Assembly (NCBI RefSeq): GCF_009834535.1
Contig: NC_045697.1
Location: 46,440,001-46,504,000, forward strand
Source of the DNA: Camelus ferus
Taxonomy: Eukaryota
DNA length: 64,000 nt
Direction: 5' to 3'
In this document: one piece after another, positions 12,688 to 25,343 of the stretch
Numbering within the stretch: the stretch's first letter is position 1
Layout of the letters: every line of letters begins with the position of its first letter
Notes under the pieces: model-generated
Seen by the model: only the letters and a program-made list of their open reading frames with translations
The model's database searches: none
Told to the model about the DNA's origin: nothing
Translations under genes and position numbers: made by a program

Positions 12688-13201
12688 TGTAGAGGACACT
12701 GCTAGCGCTCCACCCATCTCAGGTCTCTGCCATTTTACATACACGAGGTCTCAGTCATGCGTTTATACACACGAGGTCTCAGTCATGCTTTTATTCTGAA
12801 TAGCCAGTACCTGTGTTTCTTGGCAGGCAGATGCTCACGAACTTTTAGATTCCACTTTCTGACCTGCACAGAGATCTCAGAACTCCTGGGAGCTTACTCC
12901 TCCAGCCTCACCACCATGGGCGGTGTGTAAGCAGTGTCTTGTCAGAGGGGAACTGAGAACTTCAGTCCTGTTGCCATCTGATTGAGGATGATGTTGAGAA
13001 ATGACCCACACTGTCTCCAGAGCTCCCCTGTGGAACTGAGCCAAAGTCTTCCTGGGACTTATGTTGCTATGACTCCCTGTGTGGTCTCCTTTCCTTCCAG
13101 ATCCCTCTTCCCTAATTATCTAAATTTTTCCTGGAACACTTCCTAAAAAGACACTTTTATATAAATCCTCATTTTGGAGCCTAAAACCAACCTAACTAAG
13201 G
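12688..13201 (+). mobile_element. ERVL solo LTR, LTR16-like
   Basis: Starts tgtagaggacactgctagcgctccacccatc. Internal ctccagagctcccctgtggaactgagcc. Ends aaatcctcattttggagcc...cctaactaag. Confidence 0.75.
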
Positions 13202-13722
13202 TGTATTGGTTTTCTATTTGCTGCTGTAATAAATGACCACAAACTCAGTGGCTTACCATAACATGAATTTATTATCTTATAGTTCTGTAGGCTAGAGGTC
13301 CAACAGGAGTTAAAACCAAGTCACTGTTAAAACCAGTCACTGGACTAAAACCAAGGTGCTGCAGGGCTGCATTCCTCTTTCAAGGTTCCAGGGGAAAATC
13401 TGTTTCCTTGCCTTTTTCTGATTTCAAAGGCCACCCACATCCCTTGGCTGTTGACACTGTCTCCATCTTCAAATCCAGCAAAGGCTAATTGATTTCTTCT
13501 CATATCACATCACCCCAACTTCCTCTTCTGCTCCCTCTTCTGCTTTAAAGGACACCTGTGATTATACTGGGCTCACTCGGATGATCCACAATAATCTCTT
13601 CATGTTAACTTCAGCTCATTAGCAAACTTAATTGCATTTGTGATCTTAATTCCCATTTGTCTGGGAAACTTAACATAGTCTCACGTTCTGGATGTAGGGG
13701 GCTTGTCATTATTCCACCTACA
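13202..13722 (-). mobile_element. MaLR solo LTR, MLT1D-like
   Basis: tgtattggttttctatttgctgctgtaataaatgaccacaaactcagtggctta...tcattattccacctaca, canonical MLT1 termini. Confidence 0.88.
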
Positions 13723-14944
13723 GCAGATGTTAAACCCTGAGTATGAAAAAAGTCTTGTGGTAAGAAAAATCAGACTGTTTTCTCAGAGCACGCATTATTC
13801 TACTCTGTTTAAAGTGTTATCAGTTTCTGTCTTTTTTTGGGAACTGGAGTCACCAGAAAAGATAAATTACATCTGTTTCTAACTTGTTCTGTCCATCTTG
13901 CTTCTGTTAATTATTTGTGTCCTTGGCTAATTAAATTCGGAATTTAATCTAATCTGTGTGTATCTGGGGAGGGTAGGGAGTCTCTTCTTGCTAAACCACA
14001 ACCAACACAAAAGACCTTAAGTTCAGCAATGATGAAATTGTAATGTACTATTTTTTCAGCTTGAAAATTAAGAATAAAAAGTATGAGCAATACTTCTCTG
14101 CTAGTGAATTCTCTATCAGTGTTCAGGAAGAGACTGAGTGGCAACTGCTTAAGGATATTGCAATGAGAATTAGAAGTTTGACACCTGAAACTAATATAAT
14201 AGTGTATGTTAATTATAACAATAAAAAAGAATTCAAAGTATGAGGTTGTGTCTAAGCTCTCTTTTATCATATGTTTTATTATTATAATTATATCAACACA
14301 AGGAAGTTAATAATAATTTGGGAGCTGTCTTTCCATCATAATATACCTCAACCAAGGTGCCATCAACAAGGCAGAAAGAAGGCTGTACCTGCAGCAAAAG
14401 TTGCTCACCTTCTGACCAGGGAAATAATGCAAAACAAATTGGGAAAGGACAGAATTCTGAATCATGTTACAAAGGAAGCTTTTCAGTTTCCAGGAAAGTT
14501 TGGAAAACTCTCCACTGGGAGACTCTTGTAAGGTGCACAGGGCCATGAATTAAGTGCTCAGGTGAAAAAGGATTTTAGAAGCCAGAAAATAGATGTTTAA
14601 ATATGCTTATGCTATTGTATTTGAAGCCAAAAAAGGAGACACTAGGATTGTTTGTCATATCTTAACTGCTGCTGAGAAACTAAGAAAGGTATTTCCAAAG
14701 TGAGATGCCAGCTAACGCTGGAAAACCTTGGGGGCTGCTTGCCAAGACTGTAAACTCCATTTGTCACAGAGCCTGTGTAGTACAGAGCTTCTTCTAAATT
14801 TATCATTTCCATTTGTTTTTGTCATAGAATTATAAACAACGTGAGGTTAGACACATGAAACTGCTATATGTGTTGCTTCTTTCGCTCTCTCAGAAGCAGC
14901 TTTGTTTAATATCAACTGCACTGTTAAAATCTATGAGGACTCAG

Positions 14945-15056
14945 ATCCCACTAGATCCTAAAGTCTTAAGGGTGAGAGATGGCTGATGGTTGTCTTGTTC
15001 CTTTCCTTATGCTCTAAATTGCTCAACAAATGAATGAAAGAAGTGAGTGAATGGAT
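14945..15056 (+). mobile_element. L2 3' end fragment
   Basis: cccactagatcctaaagtcttaagggtgagagat...gctcaacaaatgaatgaaagaagtgagtgaatgga. Confidence 0.6.
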
Positions 15057-15350
15057 TATTGACTAAAAATCAGTGTAGAGGTGTTTCTTCAATGTTTTGT
15101 GAAATATCTTATTGAGCAGATACAGTAAATAGAACCATGTGAAATTGCTGATTTATTAATATTACTGATTTATAAAAGGGTGATTTCTTACAGTTCAACT
15201 GAGTAGATGACTGATTAGTAGTTCACTTGTCTTTCCTCCCCCCCTAAATATTATATTCAGAATAAATCAGTTTATTAGATCCCTATTAAGGGCCAGATAT
15301 TCAGATAAAAGTTTTTCCATGTTATCTTGTTTAATCCTTAAAACAACCCT

Positions 15351-15921
15351 AGTAGGCAGAATTCTAAAACAGCCTCCAAGATCCCCACTCCTGGTGTACA
15401 TTTTTGTACATTATCCCTGAGACTGCAAATCTCATAGATTTTACTTACATCATTAGATTATGTAATGTAGCATCATTTAAAGAAAGGGAGATTATCTGGT
15501 GGGCCAGACCTAATCACATGAACCCTTCAAATATTATGGGTCTACAGATCAGACACAGAGAAAGTCAGAGATTTGAAGCAAGAGAGGGATTTGATATGAG
15601 GGAGAGTCTTCCACTGCAGGCTTTGCAGATGAAGGGACCATGTGGCAGGGAATGTGGGCAGCTTCTAGGTCTGGAGTGATCCTACATTTACAGTAGTAGG
15701 AAAACAAAGGACTCAACTCACCAACATCAAGGACATAAATTCTGCCAACAGCCCATGTCCTTTAAAGAGGATCCTGAACCACAGATGAAAACTGCAGAGA
15801 CAGCTGACACCTGGGTTTTTCCTGGTGAGACCGTGCAGAGAACTGTCATGTGTGATCTATAGGAAGTGAGAGATATTAAGTTTGTGTTGTGTGGAAGTTC
15901 CTATGAACAGAGAATGAACAC
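15351..15921 (+). mobile_element. MaLR solo LTR, MLT1E-like, inserted in a MIR
   Basis: gtaggcagaattctaaaacagcctccaagatcccc...agggagattatctggtgggccagacctaatcacatgaaccctt...aattctgccaacagcc. MIR-like flanks at about 15270-15350 and 15925-16000. Confidence 0.85.
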
Positions 15922-16910
15922 AAAGCCTCTCAGAACTTTCATTTCATTTTCCAAAAGAGGAATGGAGACTCAGTATTAATGCCTAATTTTCTCAGGGACA
16001 AATAGAAAATATTTTAACATATGACTTTTGATTATGTAGTTAATATTTTTTTCTAATGTCCCTTTGTAAAGAAAAGAGGTTTGGAAGAAGAAGCGAGAAT
16101 TAGAGTTCTGTCAAGTCCATGATAAACTCTCATGTAGACAAGAGATCACAAAAAAGTCATAAGGAAGGTCCCTTAATTGTGGCTCTATTAAGCCTTTTAC
16201 CTTTCTGGGTGTTTTAATTAGGAACATAAAGATTCTCTGTGAACTCAATTTGAGTATGATTGAAAGATATTTGGCAAGAAAGAATCACATGGTGTCAGGT
16301 GAGCTTAAATGTCTTTCTAAAGTGAGAGATATGCCTGTGGTTTGTGGCAACTTTCAGAGTTCAAGTTATTCCTCCTTATTTGTTTCTTTTTTGCTGAGAA
16401 AACAGCACACCAAGCTCAACATATGATGAACTATTTTTCTTATAAATCACATTATGCTGTTTCATCCCATGTTGCTATGTTTCTTGTAAATCTCCAGGTA
16501 GAAAAGCAGCATATAGCAAGATCATCAGGTAAGCTCTATATAACACATTGTGTGTGGGGGGGTGGGGGGTGAGTGTGTGATATCATTTTGACTTCTAAAC
16601 CCATGACATGTACTGGTCATATTTTATATAAATCATGTAACTAGGAAAAGTCCTAAGAAGATTTCTTCCCAAGTTACTCATAATCCCAATATATCGAAGT
16701 TGACTGGCTTTTAAAAATGAATTTTATTCTAGACATAGAATATTTATTTGCAGATAAAAGGATAGGTAGAACAAAAATTAATATACTATAGTCATATTTT
16801 AAAATAAATAAAATAAAATACTTGAGAGAAAAGAAATGAAAAGTATGCTGAACTTTAGATAATTAACTTCCTTACCACATGACATATTAGTTCTAGAAGA
16901 ACCCTCTGAA

Positions 16911-17093
16911 GCAGAAATGGGCAAACTTTTTCCTTAGAGGACCAGAGAGTTAAGTATTTTAGTCTGTGGGCCACACATGGTTTCTGTCACATATTCCTCG
17001 TGTGTGTGTTTAGGGGAAGGGGGTAGGGGATGTATTTACAACCCTTGACAGTTTTAAAAACCAGTCTTATTTTCAGGGCTGAACAAATAGCCC
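16911..17093. mobile_element. MER58-like hAT-Charlie DNA transposon
   Basis: gggcaaactttttccttagaggaccagagagttaagtattttagtctgtgggccac matches the MER58 terminus. Confidence 0.75.
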
Positions 17094-17152
17094 AAGTAAG
17101 AATAAAATATTATGACAAACATGAAGAGATTAGACTAATCTTTTAGTAAATT

Positions 17153-20100
17153 CTTTTATTAAAGCATAATAAACTACAGAAAATACACAAACTGGGAGCA
17201 TACAGCTTAAATCATTTTCACAAAGTGAATTCACTTGAAGAATAAACTGAAGTGGAGCCAAGAAAAGTCACATTGCTAGCAACTCAGAAGCTGCCCTTCC
17301 GGCCGGGCAGCCGCGGAGGTGTTGCCCGCATCCGTCTGTGAGGAAAGAGCCGCTCTCTGCTGCGTGGAGCGCCAAGAGCTCACTTCCCGGACCCGCAGCT
17401 CCTTCGTTCCTCCCGGGGCAAGCCCAGCCGGCCGCGGAACACAGTGGGGTCTTTAGGGCCTGATCATTTCTGGTCAACATAGAGCTCCTCTGTTTGGCAG
17501 GCCTTTTGCGGAGCTTTCCATCGGATTGGCTGAGACACCTTCAGCTCTGCTTTACCCTCTGAGGCTTTTTTGGCTCGATTCTGTTTTCTCGCGCCTGTCA
17601 GGGGGGCAGCGGGTGTAGAGACTTTCACTTCTCGACTATGCTTTCCTCTCACTTACGTTTTTCAAGTGTTACCTCTCATTAAACCTACTGCTGTCCTAAT
17701 CCATCTCAGCATCTGCTTCCTGGAGGACTGAGGCTGACGCCTGTCCCCTTCCATCTGCTCCTCCATCCTATCAACATAACCATGGCCCTAACTTCTGAGA
17801 CCCCAGGTAGCTTACTGGATTGAACTGAGTATCAATGGAATCATATACTACATAGTCTTTTGCAACTGGCTTATTTTGTTCAATATTGTTTGTGAGATTC
17901 ATCTTTCTTATTCTTACAATGGTAAATTGTTCATTCTTGTTCTTTAGTTTCCCATTGTATGAGTATATCTCGATTTATTTATCCATCCTATGATAGATGG
18001 ACATTAGGTTGTTTCGAGTTTGAGGTCATTATAAAAAAGTCGCTATAAGCATTGTTGCCTGTGTCCTTTGGTGAACATTTGATTCATGTATTTTCGCTTA
18101 GATTTGTACCTAGGAGTGCAACTGCTAAGTCATAAGGTATGCACATGCTCAATTTTAGTCAATTTTGTCGAACAAATTTCCAAAGTTCTTTTATGAATTT
18201 ATACTTCCACTATCAGTGTATGATAGTTCCAGTTGCTCCATTAAAAAAAAAAAAGTCTCTTTTAATTTAGCCATTCTGGTGGGTGTAAAGATAAATTACG
18301 TTATAGTTGTAATTTGAATGCTATTGAAAAATGAATGCAGTTTGTCTGTTTATTGGCCATTTGGATGTTCTCTTTTGTAAAGTATCTCCAAGTATTTTGC
18401 ACATTTTCCCTTCTGTTGTGTTCCATTGTATGCATTTTTCATATTGATTTGTTGATGCTCTTTATATATTCTGTATAGTAATATTTTGTTAACTATATAT
18501 AGTTCAAATATATTCTACTGTTTTTACTCTTCTAATGATGTCTTTTCATAAAAAAGAATTTCTTAATTATAATGTCATCTAATTTTCTTTATGGTTAATA
18601 TTTTTTGTTTTTATTTGCCTACACTAGGAAATAATGACATAAAAATTTCTCCAAATTCATGAGGATATTGTCCTGTGATTTCCTCTGAAAAGCTTTATGG
18701 TTTTAACTTTAACATTTAGCTTTTGACTATATTTTTGCATATGAAGTGAGGTAGTGGTTATGATTCATTTTTTAATAGGAATATTCAATTTACCCAGCAC
18801 CATTTATTGAAAAGGCATCTTTTCAGCAATGCAATAAGTAGCCATCTAGATGATAAAAGAAATGCTGCTTTCTTTTCTCTCAATTCTGTTTCACTGGTCT
18901 ATTTCATTTTCCTTGCATCATTACCATATTTTCCTTATTATTAACGCTTTGTACTATATCTTGACATCTAGCATTGCAACTTCCAGCTTTGTTCTTCTCC
19001 AAGAACTCCTTGGCCATTCTTGGGCCTTTTCATTTCCATATAAATTTTATTATCATCTCATCAGTTTTCACTCAGTTCAATAAACTGAATCAACTATGAC
19101 TCAACTGAATGACAATTGATAGTTTTACAATACTTAATCTTCCTAAACTATGAACATGGTATAGCCTTGCATATATTAAATCTTCTTTAATTCACCTAGT
19201 ATTCTTGTGATTTTTTGGTGGGGTGTGTGTGTGTGTGGAGGTCTTATACATATTTACTGTATTTATTTCTAGAGATTTATTAATTCAAAAAATTTTTCTG
19301 TAGATTCTTTCAGACTTTCTATATAACCAACCAAGCTGTCTCTGAATAACTACAGCTTTAACTCTTCCATTCCAATACGTATAACTTGTATTTCTTTTTT
19401 GTCCTTTTTTTCAACACCTAGGACTAGCAATACTACTTTAGCAGCACTAAAATGGTGATAACAAACATCCATTCTCATTCTCAACCTTAGGAGAAAAACT
19501 TTCAGTAATTTATTATTAAGTAGGGTACTTGGTACATCTCCATAATCTTTCAAAGATTGAGGGAGTTATTTATTGTTGTATGTAAATGTTGAATTTTGTA
19601 AGTGCTTTTTTGCATCTATTGAGATTATACTACACATTTTATCTTTTTGCTTATTTATTTTCTAATAGTAAGTCAACTTTATATTCTGAGTAAACTCTTT
19701 TTCCTATATTGTTGTATTCAATTTTCTAATGTTTTGCTTTGAGTTTTTTCACCTATAATTATGAAAAAAAATAGTCTGTGATTTTTTTTTTCTTTTAATA
19801 TCCTTATCAGTTTTTGTGTAAAGATGGCCTTGGATCCATACATGAGTGCTCCTTTCTTATAATTCCTGAAATAATTTTGGTAAATTATTTTTGCTTGAAA
19901 CTGTGGAAAAATGCACTGGCAAAACCATCTGGATCTGGTGCTTTCCTTGTGGGGACATTTATAACAATGGATTTAATTTATTTAATAGACTTAGGGATCA
20001 TTAAATTATCTATATCTTTTTCTGTCAACACTGGTAATTTGCTTTTCCAAGGAATTTGTTTATCTCAACTATAGTGTCAAGTTTGTGTAAAGTTGTTTCC

Positions 20101-20840
20101 TTACAGTTCATCCTTAATTTTTTTTTTTAATTATATCCAAGATCTGACTCTTGTCTATTCTTTCATCACTATTACTGGCAATTTGTGTTCATTCCCTTTG
20201 AGGGGGCATTCTTTCTTGGAGTCTATCAATTTAATTAATCTTAGAATTCTAATAACTGACCCATGACTTTGTTGATTTTTCTCTATTGTAATTATTTTCT
20301 CTAGTTCATTCATTTCTGCCTTTCTGATTTTATTTTATTTTTCCTTCTACTTCAATTGGGTTTTATTTGCTATTCTTTTTCTAGAGCCTTAAGGTGAAAT
20401 ATTAGGCCATTGACTTAGTGCTTTCTTCCTTTCTAATAAATCTTCATGACTAGTTATAGCCCGAAATTCTGATATTTTCTAATTCAAATCTTTTCTAATT
20501 ATCCAATTTCTTTCTTATTTCTTTTTTGACCTAAAGCTTATTTAAGAGTGTGTTATTTACAGGTGTTTGCAGCTTTTCTAGGAATACTGTTGTTAGCCAC
20601 TTCTAATTTATTCTGCTGTGATAAGAAAACTTACTTTGAAAAACTTGTTTTCTTGATATTTATTGAGGATTTTTTTCTTGGCCCAGCATATGTTCTATCT
20701 TGATAACATCCTTTGTACACTGGAAAAGGAACATATATGTTTATTAATGTCAAGTAAAGTAAGATAGTTGATATTATTATTTAAATATTCTCTATACTGC
20801 TTAATTTTTTTGACCACTTGTTCTATTAATTACTGACAGA
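17153..20840 (-). mobile_element. Ancient LINE-1 (L1ME-like) 3' UTR and decayed ORF2, interrupted by an LTR at about 17303-17739
   Basis: T-rich plus strand with diagnostic reverse-L1 motifs: ttatccatcctatgatagatggacattaggttgtttc, cccagcaccatttattgaaaagg, tatgaacatggtat, aaaaccatctggatctggtgctttcctt. ORF 19350-19553 resembles ORF2p (LKVFLLRLRMRMDVC vs LxAFPLRSGTRQGC). Confidence 0.9.
17303..17739 (+). mobile_element. ERVL solo LTR, LTR16B-like, unusually CpG-rich
   Basis: gggcctgatcatttctggtcaaca...cggagctttccatcggattggctgagac...cattaaacctactgctgtcctaatccatctcagcatctgcttcctggaggac matches the LTR16 body and 3' end. Confidence 0.8.
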
Positions 20841-21384
20841 ACAACACACTTTCTCCTCCAGTTCCAATTCCCTTCACATTCTGCAGGTCTCACACAAGGT
20901 CTCTAACATGGTCTTATCCACTGTGATACACATGTACCCCTAGTTCTTGTTTCTCTCCGCAAGAGGTATTTGTACAGGCCACTTGACATAACGTTTCTTA
21001 ATTTTAAGAAAAGTATGAGAAAAATAGGCCAAGTCTCATCTTTCTTCTGCATTTTGGTCCAGATTTTATAGTATTTTGCAAGTATGCTTTGAGTTTCAGA
21101 TTTTCTGTATTTTAAATATTTATTATTTTCCTTAAATTTTTAAAAAAAGGAATGAGGAAAAAAACTTTATTATGCTATATGTAACTAAGAGGCCAGTCAA
21201 TACTTTTTAAAGTTTTCAGTTTATATTGCTCCTTTTAGATAAAAGTGATAAAGTGATGTCAAAGGTGTGTGATACTTCCTTTGTGCTTCAGGTGTTTTTT
21301 CTTGAATCCTGCAGTATAAATTTTACTGCATCTTTAATAAAATCCTCAGCTCAAGCAATCCTTATAAAGGAGAGAGTGTAATAT

Positions 21385-21612
21385 ATAGTTTAATATCCTA
21401 GTTTTGAAGTTACACAGGCCTGGGTTCAAGTGTTAGATCTATTACAATAATAGAGAAAATTGCTCAATTTCTCTAAATCCTTATTTCTATTTCTGTATGT
21501 TGGTGATGAAAATACCCACCTCACAAGGATGTGGTAGGAATTAATGATGTAGCACAGAGAGAACGATTGCTACATAATTATTGGTAAATAAACAGTGGCA
21601 ATTATGATTATT
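21385..21612 (+). mobile_element. MIR SINE
   Basis: caggcctgggttcaagt...ctctaaatccttatttctatttctgta...aatacccacctcacaaggatgtggtaggaattaatg. Confidence 0.75.
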
Positions 21613-22689
21613 ATTCTACATGAAGATGTCTGATTGAATCAAAGTGATATTGTTATAAAGTTTTATTGCAAAATTCTAGCTTCCCTAATCCTTGGGTAGA
21701 AAGATAGATGTAACTCTCCACATACAAGTTAAATCATTTTGCGGGAGAAACAGAAAAATGGTAAACAATGATTCCTACGTTCTAGAACCTTCACATCTGA
21801 GCACTGAACTTCCTGGGAGGAAAGTTTTGCTCATGGAAGTGTATGCCAGCCAGTGGCATGTTATCTTTGTCTTGTCTACACCCTGACCTTTCAGCTTTAT
21901 AACTTCCAAATGTTTATATAATGAGAACTGCCCTTTTAAAATTGACACAGTGATTAAAATACAAAATGAGAGCCGAGACTGCCCTCCAATAAATAGGCTG
22001 GATCTGAGCAGACATCTGTCCAGTAAGACTCTTCTAAGCAAGCAGGCACACATTTCTCTGCTTGTATCTAAAAAGTGAAGGTGACATTTATACCGTTCAG
22101 TAATTTTTCTCTCCATCTGTTTATTCAATGGTGAGATTTAAGTTGGCAAATGCTACACTCACATTGATACTACTCCTAGGCTATCTTTCAAGTATTCAGC
22201 TTTTAGATGGATGAATCCAGAGCCTTGCCAACACACACATTTCTTCTAAATTTCAATTTATAAGAAAACACTCCTTCAAGAAGAGAACTATAATCAAAGC
22301 CGAACGCACCCTACTTGGTTGGCAGTTCATCTTGCCACAGACCTCCCAGTTCCATCAAAGTTTCCCACATTCTATAATAGGTTGTTTTAACTACTTTCTT
22401 TATATCCAACCATACCTATATATAGGCTTTCTTCATACCTGAATAGAGATGAGCTGCAATTATTCAAAACCATCTTAATTATTGATTAACAGGGAAAAAA
22501 TATCCCCAAAGCATAATAGAATACTCACAGTAATTTCAGCTTTATGCTTTTCAAAGAGCATAAAGATTCATAGGAAAGATTCAATAGCAATACAGCATTT
22601 TTATTCAAATATAATTACAATTAAGTCACGGATGTGAACAGGATGCAGGGATTTCAATTGTTCCTCTTCCTCACCTTGCTTTCCTCTAC

Positions 22690-23085
22690 TGAAATTCTAG
22701 TCCCGGCAGCTGGCCTTCTTGTTCCCTGAGCATGCCGAGTGAGATCCTTCTGCCTAGTTTTCAGGGCCTTTATCCCCAGCTGATTCCTCTCCTTGGAACA
22801 CTCATTCTCCATATTTTAATATGACTAACTCTCAATTTAAATGTCACTCCTTCAAGAGGTCTTTTCTGACCATTACTGTTTAATCTAGTGCCCTGTTTTA
22901 TTCCTTCGGGGCACTTAACATGATACACAGTTTTTTATTTGTTTTTTCAGCAAAAACATATTCCACAAGAATGTAAACTACATGATAGCAGGGATTTGGA
23001 TTTTTCACTATCTCCCTGTTTGTAGAAAAGGCTTGCAATATAGTAGGTACCAACAAGTACTTGTTGAATAGATGTATGAATGAGT
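22690..23085 (+). mobile_element. L2 3' region
   Basis: tcagggccttt...ttcctctccttggaacactc...aaatgtcactccttcaagagg...gaatgtaaactacatgatagcaggga...tagtaggtaccaacaagtacttgttgaat. Confidence 0.8.
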
Positions 23086-24167
23086 AATTTTGCCAGTCAG
23101 ATTTCAGCTTTCTTTTAAGCTTTACTGAAGTTTGATTCCAACACCTTTTGTTTTAAGCTAGGATCTAAAACTAATCACATTAAGTCGTGATGACCACCCT
23201 TATTTAATTTGTGCTCTGCTTTTCAGGTAAATAGAAGGTGGCTTCTTTTATTTCAAAAGCCTAAATCTCCCACTTGTCCTTCCACTAAGCCCTGTATCTG
23301 AGTTTGAGGGATGCACCTAAACTTTAATCATTTGCTAGGAAAAGAGCATTGATATCACTGAGTCAAAAAATGTGACTCGCTGTTCACTTTCAAGTTGTCT
23401 TAACTGTCTCCTTCCTGTGCGAGATGAAATGCTCATGGCATCTGAATATGCCTGTTCTCACTCCACCCCCTTGCCCCACTCTCCAGAAGTAGCTATGATC
23501 AAAAATTTCTTGGGGATTCTTTGAGAAAACTCTCACCTAAAAACACATATATCTATTGATATAAATATAAATTATACAGATTTTTAAGTACAGGTTGGAA
23601 TGTAAAATAAAATTTACTTTTACTTTACAACAGAGTCTCTATTTCATTTCCCTATGAAAAGGTACAGATCAACTTCTAATGAAGTTGCAGAGTATTCCAC
23701 TGGAAAAATTCTAATTGATACAGGTTTATATGTGTGTATGAGAATGTGTGTAGGATAAATTTTTCAAAAATGATTTATTGTGTCAATTTTTTTTAATTTC
23801 TGAGCAAGAATTTTGCTCTTTTTAAAAGATAATTATTATTTTGTTCTAAAATGATGTAACACAATTACTTTTTTTGAGTTTCATTGAAATCTTCTCTTTG
23901 ATGGGAAAAAGCACGAAATAAGTATGTTGTGCCTGAGATTCAATTTTCTTTCAATTTTAAAAAAACTAGTGAAATTTTCATTATTGCCTTTGGTTAGTAT
24001 CTTTAAACCTAGCAAGTGAGTATATAGCTTTTTCACATTGGAAATAATAGCATGATTTTACAGTAGAATTGTGAGAGATTAGTTGTTAAGGAAGTGCCTC
24101 ATTTGCTTTTATTGAACTTCAAAGATAAATGTCCAGAAATGCACCCACTTATTCTTCTATAATAAAA

Positions 24168-25017
24168 TTTTTTTAAAATTTTGAAATAACTTAAAACTCA
24201 CAGAAAAGTTGAAAATATAGCACAGATAGTACACGCATACACTTCACTCTGATTCCCGTCATGTTAATAATTTTCAAAACCACAGTACAATGATCAAGAC
24301 CAGGAAATTAACTTTGGCATGTTACTCTCAGCTGAACCACAGACCTATTCAAATTTCAATTTCCCCTTACAACCCTTTCCAGCTCCACAGTTGTGTCCCC
24401 TCATTCTTCTCCAAGCTGTGACAGTTCCTGAGCCTTTTCCTATCTTCCACGACTTGATATTTTTCATACTCATGGTCAGTTATTTTTTATTGTCTGATAT
24501 TGTCTCGTGATTAGAATGAGGTTCTACATTTCAGCAAGAAAACTACAGAAGTGACGTGTTCTTTTCACTACATTACAACAAGAGGAAAATGATTTTCATA
24601 TGCGTTATAATCAATAGTGGAAACTTGAAATCGCATAACTAACATGGTATTTGCTTGTTCTCTCTAATGTAAATTTACTATTTCCCTTGGCAGCTGATAA
24701 ATATCTTGGGACAGATATTTTGAAGCTCTGCAAATATTCTACTTCTCCTCAAACTATCACCCACTGCCGTTTTCATCTGTTGGTGGATCTCGCAGCAATT
24801 AACAACGATCGTGTTTACCTAATGATAATTCTATATTTCCCTCAGTCCTCCTAAACACATGTAAAAAAGGAGCTTCTACTTCATTTATTTATTTACTAAA
24901 TTACTTGTTTATATCAATATGGACTCATGGATGTTTATTTTATGCTAATAGGTTATAATGAAATACTATCATTATTTATTTTGTTGCTCTAATTGTTCCA
25001 AATTTGGTTACTGGGAG
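24168..25017 (-). mobile_element. LINE-1 3' UTR (L1MC4/5-like)
   Basis: ttttgaaataacttaaaactcacagaaaagttgaaaatatagcacag and tatggactcatggatgtttatttt...ttgttgctctaattgttccaaatttgg. Confidence 0.8.
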
Positions 25018-25018
25018 A

Positions 25019-25343
25019 ATAACAAAATACCAAAGACTGGGTGGCTTAACGTCGATTTCTCACAATTCTGGAGGCTGGAAGTCCAACACTAAAGTGTAGG
25101 CAGGTTTGATTTCTCCTAGGACCTCTCTCCTAGGCACGCAGATGGCTGTCTGCTCACTGTGTCCTTAGATGGCCTTTTGTCTGTGCACATACATCCCTTG
25201 TGTCTCTCTTCCTATAAGGATAGCAGTTCTAGGACCCCACCCTTATCATCTCGTTTAATCTTAATTAACTCTTTAAAAATCCTATCTCCATATGTAGTCA
25301 AACGGAGGATTAGAAACTCAACATATGAATTCAATGCATAACA
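25019..25343 (-). mobile_element. MaLR solo LTR, MLT1A/B-like
   Basis: ataacaaaataccaaagactgggtggcttaa...tctcacaattctggaggctggaagtccaa...tcaacatatgaatt. Confidence 0.85.
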
